Part shown: piece by piece, positions 1 to 10,408 of the stretch
How the letters are laid out: every line of letters starts with the position of its first letter
Numbering within the stretch: the first letter of the stretch is position 1
Assembly: GCA_965217845.1 (NCBI GenBank)
Contig: OZ244573.1
Span: 1,912,610-1,976,609 of the forward strand
Source: Chloroflexota bacterium
GTDB lineage: Bacteria; Chloroflexota; UBA11872; VXNJ01
Reading direction: 5' to 3'
DNA: 64,000 nucleotides
Position numbers and translations under genes: made by a program
Notes under the pieces: model-generated
What the model saw: only the letters and a program-made list of their open reading frames with translations
What the model was told of the DNA's origin: nothing
Databases searched by the model: none

Positions 1-335
1 TTGACCGCCAGTTGCAACACCCGGTCAGGATGCTCATCCAGCATGGCCTGGAGCGGTTTCTCGCGCAGACCTCCCGGATACCCCGAATGGCGATAGTACT
101 TCTTCTGCTCGCGCTTGCGCCCAGTAACGGCGATGCGCTCGACGTTTACTACCACTACGAAGTCGCCCAGATCAAGGTTCGGCGAATAGTCCGGACGTTG
201 TTTGCCACTAAGGATGCCGGCGATTCGACTGGCCAGCCGCCCCAGGGTTTCATCGGTCGCATCCAGCAGGTGCCACTGCTTTTGCGCTTGCTGGGCGCGT
301 TTGGCCACATGGGTACGAAAACTCGGACTAGGCAT
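1..335 (-). CDS. rplM: 50S ribosomal protein L13, N-terminal portion (continues past window edge)
   Basis: Hand translation of reverse strand from ATG at 335-333 gives MPSPSFRTHVAKRAQQAQKQWHLLDATDETLGRLASRIAGILSG...GDFVVVVNVERIAVTG, the L13 family signature. Not in the ORF track because it lacks a stop inside the window. Confidence 0.8.
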   Translation of the reverse strand, partial: MPSPSFRTHVAKRAQQAQKQWHLLDATDETLGRLASRIAGILSGKQRPDYSPNLDLGDFVVVVNVERIAVTGRKREQKKYYRHSGYPGGLREKPLQAMLDEHPDRVLQLAV

Positions 336-1113
336 CTCCGGCCACCTCGTGGGCAATCATGTCAGCCGGCACCACCCGTTGACCGTATTCCACCGCCCGC
401 AGGACGAGTCCCTGGGCGGGGGCCGATGGGGGCACCAGCTCGCAATCGCGCGTCAGGTCAAGTAGCGCTGCGAAATCGGATGAGTGCCATCGCCGGGAAC
501 CGACGTTAACCAGTCCTCCGACGATCCGTCGCACCATCCGGCGCGCAAAGGCCGAGGCCTTGATGTCGACCACCACCATCTCGCCGCGGCGATGGCAGAA
601 GCAGTCGAAAACGTGGCGCACTGCCGGACCGGGTTCGGAGGCGAATCTACGAAAGTCGTGCGCGCCATGCAGGTGCTTGGCGGCAGCGTTCATGTGATCA
701 CACCGCAATGGCGTCGGCACGTGCCAGGTGTTGTCCGAATGCAGCGGCGATCGAGCGGAGCGATTCAGGATCCGGTAGGTGTACCGGCGCGCAGAGGCCT
801 GCCGCCGGGGGTCGAATCTGGAATCGGCCGGTGTGATATCACGGACTGCGATATCGCGTGGCAGAAGCCCGTTGAACGCCCGCGCCAATTCCGCATCCGA
901 AAGCGATCCGGCGTAATCGCAGGCGACGACCTGGCCTTCGGCGTGGACGCCGGAGTCGGTGCGGCCGGCGCCCCAAACACGTCCGGGGTTCCCGTTCAGG
1001 ACCGCCAGGGCGCGTTCGAGCTCGCCCTGGACGGTGCGCGCCCGCTCCTGCAGCTGAAAGCCCGCGAATTCGGAGCCGTCGTACTCAAGCGTCAATCGCA
1101 ATCGCCGCTTCAT
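328..1113 (-). CDS. truA: tRNA pseudouridine(38-40) synthase TruA
   Basis: 261 aa. N-terminal LTLEYDGSEFAGFQ and RTDSGVHA catalytic Asp motif. Conserved position between rplQ and rplM. Confidence 0.85.
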   Translation of the reverse strand: MKRRLRLTLEYDGSEFAGFQLQERARTVQGELERALAVLNGNPGRVWGAGRTDSGVHAEGQVVACDYAGSLSDAELARAFNGLLPRDIAVRDITPADSRFDPRRQASARRYTYRILNRSARSPLHSDNTWHVPTPLRCDHMNAAAKHLHGAHDFRRFASEPGPAVRHVFDCFCHRRGEMVVVDIKASAFARRMVRRIVGGLVNVGSRRWHSSDFAALLDLTRDCELVPPSAPAQGLVLRAVEYGQRVVPADMIAHEVAGDA

Positions 1114-1116
1114 AGC

Positions 1117-1467
1117 TCAGATCAACTCGATCTGTGCCATCCTGGCACCGTCGCCTTTGCGCTGGCCCAGGCGGTAGATCCGCGTGTAGCCACCCTGGCG
1201 GTCGGAAAAGCGCTGGGCCAGTTGGCTGAACAGTTTGTCGATGACAATCTCGTCCTGCAACTGCGAGAACGCCTGACGGCGGGCATGCTGATCGCCTCGT
1301 TTTGCCAAGGTGATCAGATGATCGGTCATTGGCCGAATCTCCTGGGCGCGGGAGTGGGTTGTCGCGATGCGCTCATGGATAAACAGCGAACGCACCAGAT
1401 TCCGTATCAACGCCCGTCGATTGCCGGTGCTCCGGCCAAATCGGCGTTTTTTTACACGGTGTTGCAT
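1117..1467 (-). CDS. rplQ: 50S ribosomal protein L17
   Basis: 116 aa. MQHRVKKRRFGRSTGNRRALIRNLVRSL is the typical L17 N-terminus. Follows rpoA. Confidence 0.9.
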   Translation of the reverse strand: MQHRVKKRRFGRSTGNRRALIRNLVRSLFIHERIATTHSRAQEIRPMTDHLITLAKRGDQHARRQAFSQLQDEIVIDKLFSQLAQRFSDRQGGYTRIYRLGQRKGDGARMAQIELI

Positions 1468-1490
1468 TTCCCGCTCGCGTTCCTAGCGAT

Positions 1491-2507
1491 CTATTCGACT
1501 GCTTCGTCGTTCAGCGAGTCCAGCGCGCTTTCAATTTCAGCCGCAGCTTTCTCGCCAACGCCACTTAAGGATTCGAGCCGACCGGCGCTGCGCAACTCGG
1601 TCAGATCCTCAACGTATTGAATCTGACCCGAGCGTTTGAGCGTATTCATGATCCGAGTCGATATAACGCCCTCAAGCTCGGCGAGCGGCGTTTGCGTGGT
1701 CATGACCGGTTCACTAACCGGCGACGGTTCATCGCCCACCGACAGCGTTGCAATCCGCTGCAACTCGTCGATGAGGCGCTGGGCCGCATCCGTGACCGCG
1801 TCCAATGGGCCGATCGTACCGTCGGTCCATACCTCCAGCGTCAGGCGGTTGTGATCGGTTGCACGCCCCACGCGCACATCGTCGACCTGGTAATTGACGG
1901 CCTTTACTGGTGAGAACAGCGAATCCATGAGGATCTCGCCGATGTCGCGTTCTTTGATTTCGTGCTGCAACTCGCTGCCGCGGTAACCGATCCCCTGCTC
2001 AATCCGCATGTCCACCCGCAGAGTACCTTCCCCCACCAGGGTGGCCAGGTGATGATCGGGATTGATGATTGCCACCTCCGGCGGTACGCGAATGTCCTTG
2101 TCGGTGACCTCGCCCGGACCAGAGATCTCAAGGGTCGCTCCGACCCCGGGCTCCATTCCGTAATCGGTTGAGTAAAGCATGTCGGACCGCAGCGTGAAGC
2201 GCACATCCTTGAGATTGAGGATGAACTGGATGAGGTCCTCGCGCATGAATTCGAGCGTCGCGTACTCATGCAAGCAACCCTCGACCTTCACCCGGGAGAT
2301 AGCCACGCCAGGGAGCGATGACAACAAGACCCGACGGAGCGCGTTACCGAGCGTGTGGCCGTAGCCGCGCGCCAACGGGCTCGCTTCAAACCGACCATAG
2401 TCGTCGGTAACTTCCACCGCGTGTACGTGTGGCATCTGCGCGGTTTGAATTGCCAATTGGGCCTCCGTTGGCGTATTGGTTGGCTGGAGTGGAACTGCGG
2501 CCGGCAA
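1491..2507 (-). CDS. rpoA: DNA-directed RNA polymerase subunit alpha
   Basis: 338 aa. NTD and CTD motifs (GYGHTLGNALRRVLLSS; C-terminal helix-hairpin-helix). In alpha operon context. Confidence 0.95.
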   Translation of the reverse strand: MPAAVPLQPTNTPTEAQLAIQTAQMPHVHAVEVTDDYGRFEASPLARGYGHTLGNALRRVLLSSLPGVAISRVKVEGCLHEYATLEFMREDLIQFILNLKDVRFTLRSDMLYSTDYGMEPGVGATLEISGPGEVTDKDIRVPPEVAIINPDHHLATLVGEGTLRVDMRIEQGIGYRGSELQHEIKERDIGEILMDSLFSPVKAVNYQVDDVRVGRATDHNRLTLEVWTDGTIGPLDAVTDAAQRLIDELQRIATLSVGDEPSPVSEPVMTTQTPLAELEGVISTRIMNTLKRSGQIQYVEDLTELRSAGRLESLSGVGEKAAAEIESALDSLNDEAVE

Positions 2508-2520
2508 GGAAAAGGGGCCG

Positions 2521-3156
2521 TCAGCGCGAATAGTATTCGACGATCAACTGCTCTTGAATGGTCACGTCGGAACTCTGTGGCCCGGGCAGGCCGGTTATCC
2601 GCCCGCTCATTTCACTGGGATTGACTTCGACCCAGCCTTGGGTGGGTCGCTGGGCGTTGATTTCAAGCGCGATCTGGACCACGCTCAAGTCACGACTGGA
2701 TTGGCGCAGTGCGACCAGATCACCCACCGACAGGATCTGCGACGAGCTCTTGGCGCGACGGCCGTTGAGTTCAACATGCCCGTGGTTCACCAGTTGGCGC
2801 GCCTGCTTGCGCGAGGTCGCAAACCCCATCCGGAAAAACACGTTGTCCAATCGCATTTCAAGCAATTGCAATACGATTTCGCCGGTGCGACCGCTCTGGC
2901 GCTCTGCCATTTGGAAATAGCGCCGAAACTGTCGTTCCATCACCCCGTAGGTGCGCCGAACTTTCTGCTTCTCGCGCAGCTGCTGGGCGTAGTTGGAAAA
3001 ACGCTGTCGCGGGGCTCGACCGGTGCCGGGCTGTCCCGGCGGCAGATTGCGACGCTCTATCGCGCACTTGGGGCCAAAGCACCGTTCGCCCTTGAGGAAC
3101 AGTTTGACGCCCTCGCGGCGACAAAGTCGACAGCTGGGTCCGGTATAACGTGCCAT
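2521..3156 (-). CDS. rpsD: 30S ribosomal protein S4
   Basis: 211 aa. [16 protein letters not shown] zinc-ribbon N-terminus typical of S4. Confidence 0.95.
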   Translation of the reverse strand: MARYTGPSCRLCRREGVKLFLKGERCFGPKCAIERRNLPPGQPGTGRAPRQRFSNYAQQLREKQKVRRTYGVMERQFRRYFQMAERQSGRTGEIVLQLLEMRLDNVFFRMGFATSRKQARQLVNHGHVELNGRRAKSSSQILSVGDLVALRQSSRDLSVVQIALEINAQRPTQGWVEVNPSEMSGRITGLPGPQSSDVTIQEQLIVEYYSR

Positions 3157-3536
3157 CAGTTACGCGGTCGCTTGCGTGGTCTGGGTCCGTTGTGAGGGAT
3201 CGGCGTTACGTCCGAAATGCTCATGATCTGCAGACCGGCCGCCTGGAGGGCGCGGATAGCGGCATCGCGCCCACTGCCCGGTCCTTTCACGAACACGGCG
3301 ATGCGGCGCATGCCGAGCTCGAGCGCCTGGCGCGCAGCACTATCGGAGGTCATTTGCGCCGCGTAGGGGGTACCTTTGCGTGACCCTTTGAATCCACTGG
3401 TACCGCCCGAGGCCCAAGTGAGGACCGCTCCGGCGTCATCAGTGATGGTCACGATGGTGTTGTTGAAGGTGGCATGTATGTGTGCCTGACCTTCGGTCAC
3501 CATACGGGTAAGGCGGCGTCGGCGCCTGGGGGGCAT
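3156..3536 (-). CDS. rpsK: 30S ribosomal protein S11
   Basis: 126 aa. [16 protein letters not shown] motif. Confidence 0.9.
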   Translation of the reverse strand: MPPRRRRRLTRMVTEGQAHIHATFNNTIVTITDDAGAVLTWASGGTSGFKGSRKGTPYAAQMTSDSAARQALELGMRRIAVFVKGPGSGRDAAIRALQAAGLQIMSISDVTPIPHNGPRPRKRPRN

Positions 3537-3557
3537 GAGGGCTAATTCCGTCCTGGG

Positions 3558-3938
3558 TTAGCGCTTGATCGATTTCTTGCGGATGCCGATCGCGGTTTTG
3601 CGCATCCGCCGCGTACGAGCGTTGGTGTGCGTCCTCTGACCGCGTACCGGTAAGCCCAGCCGATGCCGCAGGCCGCGGTAACTGCCGACTTCGCGCAGGC
3701 GCGAAACGTTGAGCGCCATTTCCCGACGAAGTTCGCCCTCTACTTTGTGTTCGCGCTCAATAATGTCGCGAATTCGTGCCAATTCGGCGTCGGTGAGATC
3801 CCGAACCCGCGTGCCGGCCCTGATTCGCGCCCGCCGCACAATTTCCTGACTGGTCGGACGACCTATGCCATAGATGTAGGTCAGGGCTATCCAGACCGGC
3901 TTGTCGACCGGTACGTCGACTCCTGAGATTCGCGCCAT
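3558..3938 (-). CDS. rpsM: 30S ribosomal protein S13
   Basis: 126 aa. [11 protein letters not shown]-terminus. Confidence 0.95.
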   Translation of the reverse strand: MARISGVDVPVDKPVWIALTYIYGIGRPTSQEIVRRARIRAGTRVRDLTDAELARIRDIIEREHKVEGELRREMALNVSRLREVGSYRGLRHRLGLPVRGQRTHTNARTRRMRKTAIGIRKKSIKR

Positions 3939-3939
3939 G

Positions 3940-4053
3940 TCAGCCCTGCTTCTGTTTATGGCGACGGTTATCGCAAATGACCATCACCACCCCACGGCGC
4001 TTGATGACCTTGCAATTGATGCAGCGTTTGCGCACCGATGCCGAAATCTTCAC
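3940..4053 (-). CDS. rpmJ: 50S ribosomal protein L36 (zinc-ribbon type)
   Basis: Hand-found 37-codon ORF below the track's size cutoff. GTG start with an AGGAGG RBS 7 nt upstream. [37 protein letters not shown] carries the C-x2-C-x12-C-x4-H L36 motif. Confidence 0.85.
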   Translation of the reverse strand: MKISASVRKRCINCKVIKRRGVVMVICDNRRHKQKQG

Positions 4054-4064
4054 GAATTTGCCTC

Positions 4065-4292
4065 CTAACGCTGATCCGGCAGACGCCAGGTAATGCGTCC
4101 GCGGGTCAAATCGTAAGGGGTAAGTTCCACGCGCACTTTGTCGCCGATTCCGATTCGGATGTGATTCATGCGCAGCTTGCCGGAGAGGTGCGCAAGCACC
4201 AGCGCCCCGTTTTCAAGCTCGATCTTGAAGTTGGTGTCGGGCAACGAATGGCGCACCGTACCTTCAACTTCAATCACATCTTTTTTGGCCAA
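4065..4292 (-). CDS. infA: translation initiation factor IF-1
   Basis: 75 aa. S1-like fold sequence, near-identical pattern to bacterial IF-1. Confidence 0.95.
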   Translation of the reverse strand: MAKKDVIEVEGTVRHSLPDTNFKIELENGALVLAHLSGKLRMNHIRIGIGDKVRVELTPYDLTRGRITWRLPDQR

Positions 4293-4467
4293 AAGCCCCG
4301 GATCCTAGCTGGTGGCTGGCAGCGCTGCTGCGGATTATTTGCTGGACCCCAACCCCTGAAGCAGGGGGTGTGGAACCCGACCCGACCGGTCGAGTCCTTC
4401 CGATAGATCTGGTTGGGGCCTGCGCCTTGCCGAGCGAAGGAATTATAGACGGTACAGGAGGAAGTCA

Positions 4468-5115
4468 CTACTGTCCGCGCATCGAAGTACCCACGCCGGA
4501 AGCCTGCGCCGACACGGGATTTGGGGCCTGGCTGCGGGCGGCAATCAAGTCCGCCATTTCCGAGGCGACATCGTCAACTGGGCGATCGCCATTGACGTCA
4601 AAGAGGATCTTCTGTTCCAGATAGTGATCGAAGACCGGCCTGGTGGCAGCATCGTAAATGGCGATTCGGCGATCGATGATATCGGGTTGGTCGTCGGCGC
4701 GTCCGCGCAACATGGACCGCTGCACTTTTACCGCGTTGCCAACTTTTAGGTGAATTACCGCGGCGATACTGGCATCGACCGTGGCGAGCCAATCATCGAA
4801 GAGTTGCGCCTGCACCGGAGTGCGCGGAAACCCGTCAATTACGACCCCGGGGCCGTCCGCGCACATGCGCACGATTTCGGCGGTGATCAACTGCGTCGTC
4901 AAGTCATCGGGGACCAGATCGCCGGCCGACATCCGACCATGGATCAACTGCGACAGACGGTCGGACCGCGATTGGATCTGGCGGAACAGATCCCCCGAAG
5001 AGAGGTGCACCAAGCCCATTTCGGACCGCAGCCGTTGCGCCTGGGTGCCTTTCCCGGCACCTGGTCCGCCGAGCAGCACCAGCAACAGCTTTCCGCTGAT
5101 TGTGGAGTCGCTCAC
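4468..5115 (-). CDS. adk: adenylate kinase
   Basis: 215 aa. P-loop GGPGAGKGTQA. Located between secY and infA. Confidence 0.9.
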   Translation of the reverse strand: MSDSTISGKLLLVLLGGPGAGKGTQAQRLRSEMGLVHLSSGDLFRQIQSRSDRLSQLIHGRMSAGDLVPDDLTTQLITAEIVRMCADGPGVVIDGFPRTPVQAQLFDDWLATVDASIAAVIHLKVGNAVKVQRSMLRGRADDQPDIIDRRIAIYDAATRPVFDHYLEQKILFDVNGDRPVDDVASEMADLIAARSQAPNPVSAQASGVGTSMRGQ

Positions 5116-6389
5116 AGGAACGCCTCATATTCGCGCATCATCAGTTGCGATTCCAGTTGACGCATGGTGTCAAGGACGACGCCGACGGTAATCAAAAGAC
5201 CGGTCGAGCTGAGTGCGACCGCGGTCACGCCGGTTCCCAGGCCGACAAAAAACGGGACGATGGCAATCATTCCCAGAAAGATCCCTCCGGCCAGGGTGAT
5301 GCGATTGAGCACGCGATTGAGGAACGCGGCAGTTGGCCGGCCGGGACGGATGCCAGGTATGAATCCACCATTCTTCTGCAGGTTTTCGGGCAGGTTCTGT
5401 TGGTTGAAGATGACGATCGTATAGAAGAACGTGAAGGCCACAACGAGCAAAAAGGTCATGAACCAATAGGGAAAGGCCTCGGGGCCAAACCATCCTGCCA
5501 AAACGCCTGAGAATTCGGCCAGCCAAAGCGCGTCCGACGTCGCCGCGTATTGGGCGATGGTGGCCGGCATCAGCATGATTGAAAAAGCAAAGATCAGCGG
5601 GATCATTCCGGCCGAATTGATCTTCATCGGGATGTGCGTTGAGCGCCCGCCGTACATCCGGTTGCCCCGCACGCGTTTGGCATAGCTGACCGGTATCCGG
5701 CGCTGGCCTTCGTGAACGAATACGATGGCGGCCACCATCAGAACACCGATCACGGCGAAAGCAATCAAACCCGTGAATTCATCTCCGCCGAGCAATGATT
5801 GACCCAATGCCGGCGGCAGCCCCGCCAGGATTCCGCCGAGAATGATGATCGAGACCCCGTTGCCGATCCCGCGTTCCGTGATCAACTCACCCAGCCAGTA
5901 GAGGAACATCGTTCCCCCGGCCAGGACCAGCAGCATTCCTATCACCGTCAATGCGGGCAGTTCGCCGATCGGCGACGGGGACGCCGCGCGCAGGATTTGG
6001 ATCTGCGCGTAGCCCTGCATCATCGCCAACGGGACCGTGAACAACCGAGTGTAAAACGCCAATTTGCGGCGGCCGGCATCGCCGCCCTCGCGCGAGAGTT
6101 CGCGCAATTGCGGAACTATTGGCACCAGGATGTTGAAGATGATCGAAGCGGTTATATATGGGTAAACGCCCAGTGCGACAACCGAAAAGTTCTCCAGCGC
6201 CCCACCCGACAGCAGATTTAGAAACCCCAGCAGCTGATCGCCCTCGAAGCGCTGCCGCAGCAACTCCAGGTCGACATTTGGCAGCGGGATGTGCGCAACG
6301 ACCCGGAAGATGATCAACATCCCCAAGGTGAAGAGGATCTTGTTGCGCAAATCCGGAAGCTTGAGGGCGGATAGGGTGGCCTGGATCAT
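5112..6389 (-). CDS. secY: preprotein translocase subunit SecY
   Basis: 425 aa multi-TM protein with SecY family motifs. Follows rplO. Confidence 0.95.
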   Translation of the reverse strand: MIQATLSALKLPDLRNKILFTLGMLIIFRVVAHIPLPNVDLELLRQRFEGDQLLGFLNLLSGGALENFSVVALGVYPYITASIIFNILVPIVPQLRELSREGGDAGRRKLAFYTRLFTVPLAMMQGYAQIQILRAASPSPIGELPALTVIGMLLVLAGGTMFLYWLGELITERGIGNGVSIIILGGILAGLPPALGQSLLGGDEFTGLIAFAVIGVLMVAAIVFVHEGQRRIPVSYAKRVRGNRMYGGRSTHIPMKINSAGMIPLIFAFSIMLMPATIAQYAATSDALWLAEFSGVLAGWFGPEAFPYWFMTFLLVVAFTFFYTIVIFNQQNLPENLQKNGGFIPGIRPGRPTAAFLNRVLNRITLAGGIFLGMIAIVPFFVGLGTGVTAVALSSTGLLITVGVVLDTMRQLESQLMMREYEAFL

Positions 6390-6461
6390 GCGACGCTAAT
6401 CAGGGGGTAGAGGATTGCCAGGCAGTCACAACGAGCACCCTCGCCGCGAGCCCGGTTGGGT

Positions 6462-6908
6462 TTACTCGATTAATTCGACTGAGCCGCCAGCGGCTTCGAT
6501 TTTGGCGATGGCAGAAGCCGAAAAGCGGGTCGCCGAAACGGTCAGCTTGCGCTCTAAAGATCCATTGCCCAGGATTTTGATCGGGCCTTTCTTGGCGATC
6601 CCGGCGGCAATCAACTCGCTCGGACCCACTCTGTCGCCGTCTGCAAAAGCGTTCAGCGCGGATACGTTGATCGGTTCGTATTCGGTGCGGTAGCGCGCGT
6701 TTGAAAACCCCGGCAGCTTCGGAAATCGGCGCAGGATTGGCGTCTGCCCGCCTTCGGCGTACCAGCGCCGGGTGGATCCCGAACGGGAGTTGGCGCCCTT
6801 TTGGCCGCGGCCGGCGGTGCGGCCCCGACCCGATCCGATCCCGCGGCCGACGCGCTGGCGCGCGCGCTTCTTCGAGCCGCTTACAACCAGCCCGATGTCA
6901 TTTGTCAC
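6462..6908 (-). CDS. rplO: 50S ribosomal protein L15
   Basis: RVGRGIGSGRGRTAGRG motif. The track ORF begins at a TTG at 6941. An in-frame GTG at 6908 gives the usual L15 length and only an 11-nt overlap with rpmD, so that start is preferred but uncertain. Confidence 0.85.
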   Translation of the reverse strand: MTNDIGLVVSGSKKRARQRVGRGIGSGRGRTAGRGQKGANSRSGSTRRWYAEGGQTPILRRFPKLPGFSNARYRTEYEPINVSALNAFADGDRVGPSELIAAGIAKKGPIKILGNGSLERKLTVSATRFSASAIAKIEAAGGSVELIE

Positions 6909-7101
6909 CTTCGGGCTCCTCTTCGAGGATCGAGACTTCAACCAGGTGACGCACGCTGTGGGCCATGCCGCGGATCGCGGGATTGTCGCGATGTCGCACG
7001 GCCTGCCCTATGCGGCTTAGGCCCAGCGCGGCCACGGTGTCCTTGTGCTGCTGTAGCGTGCCGATCGGGCTGCGCCGCAGCGTGATTTCAATTAGATTCA
7101 T
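6898..7101 (-). CDS. rpmD: 50S ribosomal protein L30
   Basis: Internal Met of track ORF 6898..7146. [35 protein letters not shown] matches L30. Confidence 0.85.
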   Translation of the reverse strand: MNLIEITLRRSPIGTLQQHKDTVAALGLSRIGQAVRHRDNPAIRGMAHSVRHLVEVSILEEEPEGDK

Positions 7102-7609
7102 TTGCATTTGAACGTTGCCGGCGGGTTGGCCGCCGGAGCTTGGCATTCGCAGGCACGCTCAGGTCATTGAGGGCGATCATCGTCGCTTTGGCCAAATTCA
7201 TCGAATTTGAGGACCCAAAGGCCTTGGTCAACACGTTCGAGATGCCGGCCGCTTCCACCACGGCCCGCACCGCCCCGCCGGCGATCACGCCGGTTCCGGG
7301 GCTGGAGGGACGCAGTATTACCTTCGACGCTCCATATTCGCCTTCGACGTAATGCGGAATCGTGCCGTCATCGCAAACCGGGACCGATACCATACCCGCG
7401 CGCGCTTTTTCGTGGGCCTTGCGGATCGCCGAAGCCACTTCGCGGGCCTTGCCCAATCCGAGACCAACCCGGGTCTGGCCATCGCCGACCACGACTACGG
7501 CGTTGAAGCCGAATGTGCGTCCGCCTTTGACGACCTTGGCCACACGTTTGATGCGGACAACGCGCTCTTCGATGCGCTGTCCACCATCAACGTTACTGCG
7601 TGCACTCAA
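7088..7609 (-). CDS. rpsE: 30S ribosomal protein S5
   Basis: 173 aa. [29 protein letters not shown] motif. Confidence 0.9.
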   Translation of the reverse strand: MSARSNVDGGQRIEERVVRIKRVAKVVKGGRTFGFNAVVVVGDGQTRVGLGLGKAREVASAIRKAHEKARAGMVSVPVCDDGTIPHYVEGEYGASKVILRPSSPGTGVIAGGAVRAVVEAAGISNVLTKAFGSSNSMNLAKATMIALNDLSVPANAKLRRPTRRQRSNANESN

Positions 7610-7624
7610 TTCATATAGCTCTTT

Positions 7625-7981
7625 CTATATCCGCAACCCAGCCGCGCGCGCACCGTCAGCGAGCGCTGCGACACGCCCGTGAAATCGGTGGCCGCCGCGA
7701 TCGAGCACCGCAGATTCAACCTTGGCGTTGGCGGCACGCTCGGCGAGCAGTTCACCAACTCGGCGGGCGGTGTCGGTCTTGGTGCCGACGTCGCCCAGAT
7801 TCGATTCCAGGCTTGACGCCGCCGCCAGCGTCACGCCGGCGTCATCGTCAATCAGTTGCCCGTAGATGTGGCGGTTGCTGCGAAACACCGCCAGCCGCGG
7901 GCGCCCGGCAGAACCGCGCACCTTCTTGCGGATGATCTGGTGGCGCCGGCGGCGATCCGCACCCCGTGAACGCTTTTTCAC
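7625..7981 (-). CDS. rplR: 50S ribosomal protein L18
   Basis: 118 aa. PRLAVFRSNRHIYGQLIDD motif. Confidence 0.9.
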   Translation of the reverse strand: MKKRSRGADRRRRHQIIRKKVRGSAGRPRLAVFRSNRHIYGQLIDDDAGVTLAAASSLESNLGDVGTKTDTARRVGELLAERAANAKVESAVLDRGGHRFHGRVAALADGARAAGLRI

Positions 7982-8529
7982 CGGCCCGCTCCGATCGCTG
8001 CCTTGCCGGGTTTGAGACGCACCACCTCGCCGGCGTAACGTATGCCCTTGCCCTTGTAAGCATCGGGCACCCGCACGGAGCGCAGGTTGGCGGCGGTCCG
8101 GCCCACTAGTTCTTTGTCGATCCCGCGTACCGTCACCCGATTGGCGCCTTCGAGTTCGAGTTCGATGCCGGCAGGCGCCCGGAAAATCACCGGGTGTGAC
8201 ATGCCGATCTGCATTTCGATTCCATCCGCGTGCGCATGGGCACGGTATCCGGTCCCGACTATGTCAAGAGTTCGCGAGAACCCCTGCGTCACGCCGACCA
8301 CGTTGTTGGCGATCAGCGATCGCGAAAGTCCGTGCAGTGAGCGCTGCCGGGCCGAGTTGTTTCGGCGTGAAACCTTGACTGCGCCGTCGTCGATGGCGGC
8401 GCTGATGCCAAGTTGCAGCTGCAGTTCCAATTCGCCCAGGGGGCCTTTCACAGTGACCCTGCCAGCGGCCGAGCAGTTCACTTCGACGCCGTCCGGGATC
8501 GGGATCGGGAGCATTCCGATGCGCGACAT
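7978..8529 (-). CDS. rplF: 50S ribosomal protein L6
   Basis: 183 aa. MSRIGMLPIPIPDGVEV N-terminus and duplicated L6 domains. Confidence 0.9.
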   Translation of the reverse strand: MSRIGMLPIPIPDGVEVNCSAAGRVTVKGPLGELELQLQLGISAAIDDGAVKVSRRNNSARQRSLHGLSRSLIANNVVGVTQGFSRTLDIVGTGYRAHAHADGIEMQIGMSHPVIFRAPAGIELELEGANRVTVRGIDKELVGRTAANLRSVRVPDAYKGKGIRYAGEVVRLKPGKAAIGAGR

Positions 8530-8536
8530 TGCTTGC

Positions 8537-8962
8537 CTACCAGACCGAGCAGATGTGCTCGCCGCCGAGCTTGCGGCGATAGGCTTGCCGGCCGGTCATG
8601 ATTCCCTGCGAGGTGGAGATGATGGCGATGCCGGTACCGCCGCGTATGAGCGGTATGTCCCGGGCCTGCGTGTACTCACGCCGACCTGGTTTTGACACGC
8701 GTTTGGCGGTATTGATGATGGGGCGCCGGTCGGCATCGTACTTAAGAAAGATCCGCAATTGTGGCTGCGGGCCCTCGACTTCGATTTGCTCGAATCCGAC
8801 GATATACCCCTCACGCTCCAATATTCCCAGGATGCTTGCCTTTTGCTTGGAGGCTGGGAGATCGGTGTGGGCGAGGCCGGCGCTGCCGGCGTTGCGGATT
8901 CTGGCCAGCAGGTCCCCGATTGGGTCCGAGTGGGTGTAGCGAAGAATGTTGCTGCGGGGCAT
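8537..8962 (-). CDS. rpsH: 30S ribosomal protein S8
   Basis: [13 protein letters not shown] motif. An internal Met start is chosen to avoid overlap with rpsN. The 5' end is uncertain. Confidence 0.85.
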   Translation of the reverse strand: MPRSNILRYTHSDPIGDLLARIRNAGSAGLAHTDLPASKQKASILGILEREGYIVGFEQIEVEGPQPQLRIFLKYDADRRPIINTAKRVSKPGRREYTQARDIPLIRGGTGIAIISTSQGIMTGRQAYRRKLGGEHICSVW

Positions 8963-8969
8963 GGGGGAC

Positions 8970-9155
8970 TTACCAGCTCGACTTAGTGATCCCGGGGATC
9001 TCACCCCGAAGCGCCCGCTCGCGGAAGCAGATGCGACAAAGCCCGAACTTGCGGATATACCCACGCGGGCGCCCGCAGAGACCGCACCGATGGTGGAAGC
9101 GCACCTTGAATTTCGGCGGTCGCTTCCACTGCTCGACCAACGCTTTTTTTGCCAT
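8970..9155 (-). CDS. rpsN: 30S ribosomal protein S14 type Z (zinc-binding, 61 aa)
   Basis: Internal Met of track [58 protein letters not shown] carries the C-x2-C-x12-C-x2-C short-form S14. Confidence 0.9.
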   Translation of the reverse strand: MAKKALVEQWKRPPKFKVRFHHRCGLCGRPRGYIRKFGLCRICFRERALRGEIPGITKSSW

Positions 9156-9159
9156 TAGT

Positions 9160-9711
9160 TCACGCCCCTTCGGCCTGGAACGGGCAACCCAATGCCTCCA
9201 GCAGCGCCAACCCATGGGCGTCGTTATTGGCTGTGGTCACGAAAGTTACTTGGAATCCGCGCACGCGGTCGATCTTGGTGTAGTCGATTTCAGGGAATAT
9301 CAACTGCTCGTCAAAGCCAGTGGAATAGTTGCCACGCCCGTCGAAGGAGCGCCGCGAAAGCCCGCGGAAGTCTCGCACACGCGGGATGCCGATCGAGAAA
9401 AGTCGGTCGACGAAGTGATACATCCGATCGCCGCGCAGCGTGACCATAACCCCTACGCGCATACCCTGCCGCAGGGAGAAGTTGGAGATCGATCGCGTCG
9501 CTCGGGTGATCACCGGTTTCTGCCCAGCGATGATGCCCATATCGCGAGCCGCGTTTTCGGGCACGTTCTGGTCCGAGATCGCTTCGCCAATTCCGCTGTT
9601 GACGACAACTTTCACCAGGCGCGGAACTTGCATCACGTTGGCGATCTCGAGCTCGAGCGCCAGCTGTGGGCGGAACTCATCAACATAGCGCCGACGGAGC
9701 CGAGAAGTCAT
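9160..9711 (-). CDS. rplE: 50S ribosomal protein L5
   Basis: 183 aa. L5 family N-terminus ([41 protein letters not shown]). Confidence 0.95.
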   Translation of the reverse strand: MTSRLRRRYVDEFRPQLALELEIANVMQVPRLVKVVVNSGIGEAISDQNVPENAARDMGIIAGQKPVITRATRSISNFSLRQGMRVGVMVTLRGDRMYHFVDRLFSIGIPRVRDFRGLSRRSFDGRGNYSTGFDEQLIFPEIDYTKIDRVRGFQVTFVTTANNDAHGLALLEALGCPFQAEGA

Positions 9712-10034
9712 TGGTTATCCACCACCTCACCCGAGGACTTGGCGTAGCGGACGCGACGTCCGTCGGCCAATGTCTGCATGCCCACGCGCGTGGGGTTCTG
9801 ATTGGCAGGATCAATCAGCTTCACGTTCGAGACGTGCAGCGGGGCAGCGAAGTCGATGATCCCAGTTGGTCGCCCGGGGCCGGAAAAGCGGGCATGGCGT
9901 TTGCGCAGGTTCACGCCTTCCACCACTATCTGCCTGGTCTTCTTCAGGACCTGGATCACCGATCCGCGCTTGCCGCGCTCAGGCCCAGCTATCACCAGGA
10001 CCTCATCGCCCTTTTTGATCCTCATTGAAGCCAT
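9708..10034 (-). CDS. rplX: 50S ribosomal protein L24
   Basis: 108 aa. KOW motif [19 protein letters not shown]. Confidence 0.9.
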   Translation of the reverse strand: MASMRIKKGDEVLVIAGPERGKRGSVIQVLKKTRQIVVEGVNLRKRHARFSGPGRPTGIIDFAAPLHVSNVKLIDPANQNPTRVGMQTLADGRRVRYAKSSGEVVDNQ

Positions 10035-10039
10035 GGTGG

Positions 10040-10408
10040 TTAGAGAACCTCCGGCGCCAGGGAGATTACGCGGGTGAAGCGGGCATCGCGAAGCTCACGT
10101 GCAACCGGGCCGAAGATCCTGGTCCCGATCGGCGCTTGTTGGGCGTCAACCAGAACCGCGGCATTGTCGTCGAAGCGGATTCGCGAGCCGTCGCGGCGCT
10201 TGTATTCCTTTGCGACCCTGACGATCACTGCGCGCGCCACCCGACCTTTCGGGATTGGGCTGTTGGGGACCGCCGATTTGACCGACCCGACTACCACGTC
10301 GCCTACCGAGGCGTAGCGACGCCCGGTCCCGCCGAGAACCCTGATAACCAGCAGTTCGCGTGCGCCCGTGTTGTCGGCGATCTTTATCCGGGATTGCTGC
10401 TGAATCAC
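10040..10408 (-). CDS. rplN: 50S ribosomal protein L14
   Basis: 122 aa. [20 protein letters not shown]-terminus. Confidence 0.95.
   Translation of the reverse strand: MIQQQSRIKIADNTGARELLVIRVLGGTGRRYASVGDVVVGSVKSAVPNSPIPKGRVARAVIVRVAKEYKRRDGSRIRFDDNAAVLVDAQQAPIGTRIFGPVARELRDARFTRVISLAPEVL

Noticed and set aside
12-1620. Long plus-strand ORFs (12..509, 484..1620) and many other 60-470-aa ORFs on the strand opposite the ribosomal, rpoBC, chaperone and aro genes
   Set aside because: They are antisense to strongly supported conserved genes. They are Arg/Ala/Pro-rich, as expected for open frames in ~66% GC DNA. No recognizable motifs. Treated as spurious.
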